Assembly (NCBI GenBank): GCA_036172245.1
Contig: JAYWIR010000002.1
Location: forward strand, 3,224,001 to 3,288,000
Source of the DNA: Raillietiella orientalis
Taxonomy: Eukaryota
Direction of reading: 5' to 3'
DNA length: 64,000 nucleotides
In this document: positions 53,889 through 61,811 of the stretch, piece by piece
Position numbering within the stretch: the stretch's first letter is position 1
How the letters are laid out: each line of letters starts with the position of its first letter
Position numbers and translations under genes: made by a program
Notes under the pieces: model-generated
What the model saw: the letters and a program-made list of their open reading frames with translations, nothing else
What the model was told of the DNA's origin: nothing
Database searches by the model: none

Positions 53889-55997
53889 GTTTCTAACACA
53901 GCTGCGTACGAAATTCACAAAAACGTATCACTCAATAGTTTTATCGTTTCGTTAGGAAACAAGACTTTAGTATAACCTTGTTTCCATTCAAATATTTTCA
54001 TGTACACTTGAGTGGAAATGACAAAATGGTCGATAATGTACAGCTATATACACGAAATCATACACTTACTTCCTGGGACAAAGGATAAACCGATTTTTTT
54101 TTAGTGACAGGTGTTCATATGTGCAGAAAATGGGTATACTAATTTCGGGAACAGTCCAAATGCATATTCTCGCTTATCAAAACACAGCAGATTCACGACA
54201 GACCCCACGACCGTGGACCAGAGCATACCACACTCTCGTACGCACATTCAAGTCCCTACGATCACGCCCTCACTGGACACTCGGCTAACAATCGAAAACA
54301 GAAGACACTCCTCAGCCCAAGGTATCCCACAGCCCTTTTAATTTAGGGGCTTTCTCTGCACAGACGAAGAGATGCAGACAAAATTTAAAGATACCAATCG
54401 ACGACGTTGGGCATCAAGAAAGGACTTTCTTTTTTCGGTTTTTAGATCAGCTTCCCACGCCTCACTCCTATCTGCTATATTCTTTTATTTATGAAATTTG
54501 CATTCGAATTTTGCAGTAAGTTCTCTATTTCACTAATCTATTGCGATCTATATTTTTAATTGTATTATTTTTAATTATATTTTTAATTTTATGAATAATG
54601 AAATACACTCCATTGTGACTGTCATCTCCTAGCGACATTCGTTGTAATTCTATTATTAGTGTATGAATAATTTTCACTTTTTTCCTGTCCACTATAATGC
54701 TTTTTAATAGGTTTCCAAGGTAGCGTTATAAATCATTCCTTGATGAGCTAAATTTCATGAATATTCAATGTAAAAAAACTCGATTTAGATACATTTTTCA
54801 AATAAACGTTCAGCAATATGTAACTGGTTTCAAAGATGCACACTTAGAATTAGATTGCATCGCGGGCTTCTGCATTCCATAAATTAGTAGGGATATTTGA
54901 ACCCAGCAAGAATTAAATGGGGTTTTATAAAGTATCTGTTAATTTGTAATCTATAGCCTCAAGTACAACAATGAAATTTTCAAGTCCAGAAAAGCAAAAA
55001 TGGAGAAAAATCTCTGTCTAATATGATTTTAGACATATCTCCAATGATGCTTTGCGATTTATGAGCTTGTTCGAAATATCTAAAAGAAACTCATCATAAA
55101 AATCAGAAGAAAAAAAAAAACACGTCATAAATTTTACTAATAAAATGGACTCCTATTCTCATTACAGTGAGTGTGTAATGTTAAAAAAACTAAATTTTGC
55201 ATTCTGCTTCAGGGTTGATTCTAGGATTCTAGGACGCTCGAGGAACATTTGCAAACTATGCTTGAAACATTTCAGAAATGCAGCAAAAAGTGCATAACAG
55301 TGCAAATTTATATATTTTACAAGAATAAAGAATTCATCCCCTAGACTTTTTCCATATTAACTTTTTTCATAAAGACATAAATCAATTAGAACTGTTATAT
55401 ATTGGTGCATTCATAGACTGAAAGCTAAAGAGAAAAAAGTCCAAATCAAACAAGTGTAAGTGATAAAGCCTGAATAAGTAATTCAGGAGGATCACTATCG
55501 GAAATTTAGTAATTTCATTATATATGATGACCACAACACAGTTAAAATAAATGCATTCATCTCACTGTATTTGTTCTTTGTCAAACTATTCGAATTAATT
55601 TCCATGAATTTTGAATTGAATTGAATTTCTTTAAAAAATAAGTGCTGAACCGAAGTCTATGTATGGAAAATCCACTAATAGTTTAATTACAATCTGGTTT
55701 AATACCTTTGTTGTCATGCATTTTTTAAAAAACAGAAATCCATCTCGATAAAGTAATCATTCATGAACAATTTAGAAATCAACTGCAGCAGTGAGGCAAT
55801 AATTATACTAGAAAGTTGCAATCAAAATCAATGCAATAATTTCTTTGATATGTGAAAACTGAGGAGAATAATGAAATCTAAAAATTCATGAAAAACGTAT
55901 CATTTTGATTTTCAGAAGCTAACAGCATTAAAGTATCCCGTCAGAAGATAAGTATGCAAAGATGATTTACGTATTAAAATGAAATATGATTTAATAA

Positions 55998-56013
55998 TGG
56001 AAGTCATCATTCT
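55998..56013. repeat. Target-site duplication, left copy (TGGAAGTCATCATTCT)
   Basis: Identical 16-mer at 61796-61811. Confidence 0.92.
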
Positions 56014-56162
56014 GATTTTCCCCAAGTCCCACAGGGGGTGGGGTGAATTTATTTTCTATAAAAATAGCATTCACACTACAATTTTCATTCACACTCTCAT
56101 TCACGCCACGTTTACCAACACTTGTTCACTTGGATGTCCTGGGTTTCACTCGAGTTCTGCTA

Positions 56163-59100
56163 TCAGGTTGGGGGTCCAGATGTTTGTTCCCGGGCGTCGT
56201 CCTCGATCCTCTTCAGGATGAATCTGTACGTCCAGGCTTGGATTCTTCCGCAGTTCCTGATGCCGATTTCCTTCTTCAGGAGTCCTTGGAGGATCTCCAT
56301 CGGAGGTGCGGCTCTCCTGGCTTTCCTCATCTTCCACCACCGCACAAGTATGGCGGTGATGAAGAGGGCGATGGTCGTCCTCACCATGGGATTGTAACAG
56401 GGAACATTACCATCTCCCTGAAACATCCCGGCGAGGATTTCCATTACGGAGCTGGTGGTGCGTCCGATGATCCTTTTCAGGATCAGCCAGTCGTGAAGCA
56501 GTGTGGGACACGTCAAGATGTGGAGTCTTGTGTCAGTGTCACCACACGCCGTGCAGTCTCTGTCGTCCCTCCTTCCCGTGAAGTGCTGTAGTCTGGACCC
56601 CGTCAGGATTCCTCCATGGTAGAACATCAGGAGGTTGTCCTGGGTGTCCGGCGGAAGGTCACTCCTCCAGAGCGTTGTGCCGATCGCCAACAAGTTGATG
56701 CGATCGCTCCCGTAGCGTTCGGCGGCTTCTTGGAGGGCACTGGTGTCCTTTTCCTCGTCTCTGATCATCTTCCGGAGGTTCATTTTGGTCACCCTCGACC
56801 ACGCGAAGTCGTTGTGGTTAATCCACACCTCGCGGGTCTGGTGGGTGAACCTCCCTAACATCATCTCTATGTACCGGAGTACACGAGAATGATGTAGGTA
56901 TCCTCCTCGGCGCCATTCCTGGATCCGTTGCAGGGTAACTCTGGGCCGCTGGTAGATCCAGCTTCTCGTGTCCGGAGGGACCGGAAGCAACCAGGGGATC
57001 ACCAGGATGGACTCGTCCTGCCAGAGTTCCCTGCTTCTTGGCACGATCTTCATCTTGTGCTTTCGCACAAGCCGCTGTTTTCTTCTCCAGGTAGGGTCGA
57101 TGGTGATCCATTCCCCTGCTCGGCCTAGCAGCGCAGTCATCAGGCCTTTCGAGTTGTTCAGCAACAACGCGTAGGCCCTGTGCGCCGCATACGGCCAGTC
57201 ATCCCAGTGAGTGGCTATGTCCAGGATGTGTCGCGTATCCATGATTTCCATGGAATGTGCAGGCGACTTCATCCCGGAACCGCCTTCTTCCCTGGGACGA
57301 CACAGAGGTTTGAGACAGACTCTTGGGCGATAATGGCCCCACAAAGTTTTCCTCTGCAGCTTTTCTACTTCTCTTGTGGTTTCTTTATTCATTCGTGCGA
57401 AGGCCGCCCCGAAGATTATCTTTGGTAGAAGTACTCCGTTCCACAGGTTGGCTCTTCGCTTCATGTTAAAGTCCACTCGAGTGTACTTCGCTGCTTCGTT
57501 GGCCGTTTTCCCCAGGATTTCCGTCCACAGCAGTTTCGACGCAGAGTCGTCGCCGATGTAGACTCCCGGGTACTTGGCCGTGTCCACCGTACGGAATCCA
57601 CTCCCCGTTAGAGTGGAGAGGTTCAGGATTCCGACGGGCAAAAGCTGGCTCTTTTGGGCATTGATTTTCAAGCCCAGTCCCTGTTCCATGAGGTCGACCA
57701 CATCCCGGAACGCTCGTTGATTCCTCTCTCCCTTGATGAAGAAGAGGAGATCATCTGCGTATGCCAGATGGGTCAGGTGCTGACCATCAATGGAAATCCC
57801 TGATAGACGACCGCTTCTCTCGATGTAAGAAGACAGCGCCTCCATGTATATGACGAACAGCATTGGACTTGGCGAGTCGCCCTGCCGGACTCCTCGTTCC
57901 ATCCTAATTGCTGCCGTCTCTTGGCCGTTGATTTTGATACGGCAGTACTGGTTTTGGAGTACCGCCCTTACGAAGTTGCTGAAGTGTTCCGGAAGCCCAA
58001 GCTTCTCCAGAACCTTCAGCAGCATCCCGTGGTCGATGGAGTCGAAGGCCTTCTCCATGTCGGTGAACGCCAGCACCAGGTTCTCGCCGACGTATCGGCT
58101 GAGACCGACGGTGGCCTGGGCACACTTAACATTGTCAGACATGTGTCGTCCTGGGACTGCACACGTCTGGACCGGAGAGATCAGCCTCGACATGACCCTG
58201 CCTAAGCGGTTGGACCAGATCTTCGCCAACCACTTGGCATCTGAGTTTAGAATCGAGATCGGCCTCCATTGAGCGATCTGCGTGAGATCGCCTCCTTTTG
58301 GCAGCACTCTCATCCTACTCTCGTAGAAGGATTCCGGAAGTCGTCCTTCTTCTCGGATGCAGAGTGTCAACTGGTGGAACAAACGCAGGTAGGCGTGCAG
58401 GTACCGCTGATAGTGCGAGATGGGTACACTATCAGGGCCTGCTGCCACATCCTTGCGAAGCTGCCCAAACGCAGTCTTCACTTCCTCTTCGGAGAAATCC
58501 TCCTCCAGTCTATTTCTTTGGAGGTCGTCCGTCCTTTTCTCGAGGTAACCCAGGAAGGCTTGCTGACTCGAGCGGCAGAGATCTTGTCGTCGGAAGTGTC
58601 TCGCGTAATGCCTGTGAAAGGCTTCCGCGATATCCTCCGACGTGTGCCGCTCTTTGCCGTCGTACTGGATGCAGAAGATATCTGTGGCCAGATTCCTCTT
58701 TTCCAGCACGCCGACCTCCCCTTTCGTGTTCTGGAAGACGTACCGACTCTCGTACTGATCGAAGTGCTTCGAGAGGGAGCGATCTTGGATGTTCAGCTCC
58801 CGGTACGCTTCCTGCCTCATGCGCTTACAGAAGTACTGCATATTGCAGAACAGATGGATTCTGTGCTTCAACCTGTCCCAGTCGGCGACTCTGCGGATGG
58901 TGGTGTCCCGCAGAATCGCCTCGATGACCTCCTGGTGACAGGGAAGCGTTTCGAACCAGGCGGGCATGCAGATGAGCGCCGCCCTGGTGGCCTTTTCCCT
59001 ACGGGGATTTTCAGTGCGGAGTGTAAACCGTACCAATGGGTGATCGGACAACAGGTGTGGAATGTCACGAAAACCCTGGATGCGGTTGTCTATCTCCGCA

Positions 59101-59681
59101 CTGTGGAGGACGTGATCGATCGGTTTGTGGCTAGCTGTTCGCCACAAAAGTCCGAACTCGTCGGACAGCCGCCGATACGCCGCTCTTCCCCTTGCATCCT
59201 GAGAATACTTGATTTCATCAAGGATGTTGAAATCCCCAGCGACGATGACGATGTCCTTCGGTGCCACTCGTTTGCGGAGTTCTTCTTGCAGTTTCTCCGC
59301 GCACCGATGCTTGATCTTGTGCGGTCCGTAGACGTTCACCAGGAAGAGGTGAACGTTACTGGACCAGGACAGTCGCACGCCGATTACTCTGCCCGGTACC
59401 GGACAGAAGGTTTCCAAAATGGTGTGGGCGAGCTCGTTCTTGATGAGGATCGCCACCCCCATGGTCTTCTTCTGTCCCTCGCTGGCGAACAGTTGTCCGT
59501 CGAATCGGCGTTCCATCTCCAGGGCGTTCTGTTGCCCGAGACGGTGGATTTCTTGTAGGCACACCACCTTAAATTTTGCGATGGTCCGCATGATGATCTT
59601 TCTCTTTCCCTGGTCCGTCAGTCCATTCACATTCCAGGAGGCGATGTTAATCCTCCTGGCACTGGACAGCGGCGAGGCCAT
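56163..59681 (-). CDS. LINE ORF2: AP endonuclease + reverse transcriptase + C-terminal CCHC finger (1172 aa, intact)
   Basis: APE motifs SWNVNGL, CLQE, GVAIL, NVYGP, GDFN, IDHVL, SDH; RT motifs GPDS, WRPISILN, DMEKAFD, GVRQGDSPSP, YADD; CTAC...H...C. Confidence 0.97.
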   Translation of the reverse strand: MASPLSSARRINIASWNVNGLTDQGKRKIIMRTIAKFKVVCLQEIHRLGQQNALEMERRFDGQLFASEGQKKTMGVAILIKNELAHTILETFCPVPGRVIGVRLSWSSNVHLFLVNVYGPHKIKHRCAEKLQEELRKRVAPKDIVIVAGDFNILDEIKYSQDARGRAAYRRLSDEFGLLWRTASHKPIDHVLHSAEIDNRIQGFRDIPHLLSDHPLVRFTLRTENPRREKATRAALICMPAWFETLPCHQEVIEAILRDTTIRRVADWDRLKHRIHLFCNMQYFCKRMRQEAYRELNIQDRSLSKHFDQYESRYVFQNTKGEVGVLEKRNLATDIFCIQYDGKERHTSEDIAEAFHRHYARHFRRQDLCRSSQQAFLGYLEKRTDDLQRNRLEEDFSEEEVKTAFGQLRKDVAAGPDSVPISHYQRYLHAYLRLFHQLTLCIREEGRLPESFYESRMRVLPKGGDLTQIAQWRPISILNSDAKWLAKIWSNRLGRVMSRLISPVQTCAVPGRHMSDNVKCAQATVGLSRYVGENLVLAFTDMEKAFDSIDHGMLLKVLEKLGLPEHFSNFVRAVLQNQYCRIKINGQETAAIRMERGVRQGDSPSPMLFVIYMEALSSYIERSGRLSGISIDGQHLTHLAYADDLLFFIKGERNQRAFRDVVDLMEQGLGLKINAQKSQLLPVGILNLSTLTGSGFRTVDTAKYPGVYIGDDSASKLLWTEILGKTANEAAKYTRVDFNMKRRANLWNGVLLPKIIFGAAFARMNKETTREVEKLQRKTLWGHYRPRVCLKPLCRPREEGGSGMKSPAHSMEIMDTRHILDIATHWDDWPYAAHRAYALLLNNSKGLMTALLGRAGEWITIDPTWRRKQRLVRKHKMKIVPRSRELWQDESILVIPWLLPVPPDTRSWIYQRPRVTLQRIQEWRRGGYLHHSRVLRYIEMMLGRFTHQTREVWINHNDFAWSRVTKMNLRKMIRDEEKDTSALQEAAERYGSDRINLLAIGTTLWRSDLPPDTQDNLLMFYHGGILTGSRLQHFTGRRDDRDCTACGDTDTRLHILTCPTLLHDWLILKRIIGRTTSSVMEILAGMFQGDGNVPCYNPMVRTTIALFITAILVRWWKMRKARRAAPPMEILQGLLKKEIGIRNCGRIQAWTYRFILKRIEDDAREQTSGPPT

Positions 59682-59697
59682 GAAAGGGGAGAGAGTC

Positions 59698-60170
59698 CTA
59701 CTTGTTTTTGCGCGCCTTCCTTAACTTCTTCTGCTGGGGAGACTTGTTAAGTTTCCCCGCTGAAGAAGTGGGTTTTTCGCTACCGGCATCGCTCTCGGTG
59801 CCGGTGTGGTCGGTCGACTCGGGATCTTCTCCGGAGCGTTCTGCCTTGGCGATCACCTTGCGCGGGAGGGTCTCCAGGGAGACCGTCGCGCAGTAGACCG
59901 CCTTGACTTCCGAGAGCTGGGCCTCCAGCTTCTCTCGCTCCGGCTCCACAACCATGCGGTTGACTTCGTCTTGAGCCTCGGAGATGCGGGTCAGGAGTTG
60001 CTCCTGTTGCGCCTCTGTCTGGCCTTGACGAACCTCCTCCGCTAGTTTGACCACCTCCTCGGTGAGTTGCAGGGCCTCCTGCGACTCCGGGGTGGGTTCC
60101 GGCATCTTCACCACTTCCTCTGTCACCTCCATCTTCTCGCCTTCCACTGCTGCAACCTCACGAGTAGGGG
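59698..60170 (-). CDS. LINE ORF1 C-terminal part (acidic/coiled coil), out of frame with the N-terminal part
   Basis: ORF 59698-60147 and its upstream open frame; adding one C to the C6 run at 60167-60172 fuses it to ORF1. Confidence 0.7.
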
Positions 60171-61457
60171 GGTTTGTTGCTCCCTCACGAGCATCTTCCT
60201 CTTCCCCTTTTTCCCTATCTCGACGAACCCGTCCGCCGAGACCGGAGCTGCCTCCCTCACCTTCTTCTGTTTGGCTAGCTGAGGTTTGATCACCTCAGCT
60301 AGCACCCTTTCCCTCACGGGGGATTCTCCACGGATTGTCCGGTAGTTAGCAAACTCCGGACAACTCCATTTCGCATGCCCGGGTTGTTTGCAGAACGAGC
60401 AAACTTCGGGCATGGTGCAATTTCGGACCACGTGGCCCATCTTTCCGCACCGGAAACAGCGCGACCTAGGGCACGCGCCCATCCGGTGGCCAAAATTTTT
60501 GCAGCCGGTGCAAAAGATCGGCTGCTGCCTGTATCGAATTGAGACGTCCTGCGACGCCTCGTCGATATGCACGTTACCGGGGATTTGCGCCCCCTCCTTT
60601 AATTTTATCTTGGCGATTAACTCGCCCGAGAAGATGTTTCCGGAGATGTTCTGGGTTTTCATCTCCAGAACCTCTCCGTATTGGGACAGGAAGTCCCACA
60701 CCGTTTGTCTCTCGGTGAGGATGCCAAGGCCATTCACGAAGACGGTCGTGTAAGGCATCTCACCGATGCCTTGCACCATCTTCCCCTGTATATTGATGCC
60801 CTTTTCGATAAGGGCCTCCCGCAGCTCCTCGCAGTCTGTATAAAGGATAAATCCCGCCGAGTTCGGGATTATCGCCTGCAGCCGGTCGAAATCAACATTC
60901 GTCTTATAGAGGGCGCAGTATACCTCCCTCACATTGTTGAACCGGATCAATCCGGTTTTGAAAATTATCGGCTTGGACGCCGGGCTGAGTCGAACCATCG
61001 GCTCCTTCGTTCGAGTGATGATTTCACTCGCCGGTTTGCCGAATGCTCTATTCGGTTGGGCAGAGGCCTGCCCCGCCGTCACCGCCGCATACGAAAACGG
61101 CGGTTTCGCCGCCGCCGCCGAGCAAGATGGCGTCGCACCTTGCCCTGTGTGCGCCGCGTGGACGCCCGCGGCTCCCGCCTGGGACGCCGCCGCCACCGCG
61201 GGCGCAACCCTCGTCGTCGCCGTCGTCGATGTCGCCGTAGGCGGGACCTTCGGCATCGCCGCCGCCGGCACGACCTTCCCCGCCGCGGGCGCGATCCTCG
61301 GCGTCGCCGCCGCGGGCACGACCTCCATCGCCGTCGCCGCGGGCACGACCCTCGGCATCGCCGCCGCAGGCGCAGCAAAGCCTGCCGCGGGCGCGACCCT
61401 CGGCGTCGCCGCTGCCTCCTCGCCACTGCCGCATATTACCTCCATGTGTTCTTCCAT
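60123..61457 (-). CDS. LINE ORF1 (gag-like; Ala-rich repeats, RRM-like region, three CCHC zinc knuckles)
   Basis: CTGCKNFGHRMGAC, CFRCGKMGHVVRNC, CSFCKQPGHAKWSC; TVFVNGL...FLSQYGEV; SYAAVT and DGFVEIGKK motifs. First ATG at 61457; the frame is open upstream to ~61640. Confidence 0.9.
   Translation of the reverse strand: MEEHMEVICGSGEEAAATPRVAPAAGFAAPAAAMPRVVPAATAMEVVPAAATPRIAPAAGKVVPAAAMPKVPPTATSTTATTRVAPAVAAASQAGAAGVHAAHTGQGATPSCSAAAAKPPFSYAAVTAGQASAQPNRAFGKPASEIITRTKEPMVRLSPASKPIIFKTGLIRFNNVREVYCALYKTNVDFDRLQAIIPNSAGFILYTDCEELREALIEKGINIQGKMVQGIGEMPYTTVFVNGLGILTERQTVWDFLSQYGEVLEMKTQNISGNIFSGELIAKIKLKEGAQIPGNVHIDEASQDVSIRYRQQPIFCTGCKNFGHRMGACPRSRCFRCGKMGHVVRNCTMPEVCSFCKQPGHAKWSCPEFANYRTIRGESPVRERVLAEVIKPQLAKQKKVREAAPVSADGFVEIGKKGKRKMLVREQQTPLLVRLQQWKARRWR
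61190..61415 (-). repeat. GC-rich imperfect tandem repeat encoding AAATPRVAP-like units in ORF1
   Basis: Repeated gccgcgggcacgacc / cggcgtcgccgcc units. Confidence 0.7.
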
Positions 61458-61624
61458 GGGGGTCGACGGCTGCTCCACTCCTTGGATGTGCCTCCTTGCG
61501 GCTGCCGTTGCTGCCGCACTTCCCGTTTGGAGGACTTCCACCTCGGGTCCTTCGGCGCTGCTGCTGCTGTCGGGTATTTCCCTCGGTGGCACAGTCACTT
61601 CCACACTAATCTTCGGCAGGCACT

Positions 61625-61764
61625 TGCCCTGTGAGGGCACACAAAAATTGCCGCGGCAGTGGTTTTACGCACTGCCTTGGCGGGGTATTGGGTAAAGTTT
61701 TCAACTAGCAATAATCGCGGCTCAGTCGCCTTCCTCGCCTACGATACTGCCCGTGCGCAAGGCA
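61625..61764 (-). ncRNA. Full-length U4 snRNA-like sequence forming the LINE 5' UTR
   Basis: gccttgcgcacgggcagtatcgtag...gagccgcgattattgctagttgaaaactttacccaataccccgcc...ggcaatttttg...gccctcacagggc follows the metazoan U4 layout: stem II arm, k-turn stem-loop, stem I arm, GAAAACUUU, CCAAUACCCCGCC, central hairpin, Sm site AAUUUUUG, 3' hairpin; ~140 nt. Confidence 0.93.
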
Positions 61765-61795
61765 GGTAGTAGAACTGCTACTACCTAGTTGTGTG

Positions 61796-61811
61796 TGGAA
61801 GTCATCATTCT
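61796..61811. repeat. Target-site duplication, right copy (TGGAAGTCATCATTCT)
   Basis: Identical 16-mer at 55998-56013. Confidence 0.92.

Larger units (their letters stand above)
56014..61795 (-). mobile_element. Full-length non-LTR retrotransposon (L1/Tx1-type LINE) with U4 snRNA-like 5' UTR
   Basis: Flanked by a 16-bp TSD; GC-rich island in AT-rich DNA; contains ORF1 and ORF2; AATAAA and a terminal hairpin at the 3' end. Confidence 0.95.

Noticed and set aside
58269-59558. 429-aa + strand ORF, and + strand ORFs at 60681-61695
   Set aside because: Antisense shadows of LINE ORF2 and ORF1.
61625-61764. An ordinary host U4 gene lying next to a LINE
   Set aside because: It lies inside the TSD with only ~31 nt upstream and runs directly into ORF1.
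61764-61786. let-7-like 9-mer AGGTAGTAG
   Set aside because: Only 9 nt match, and the hairpin is far too short for a pre-miRNA.
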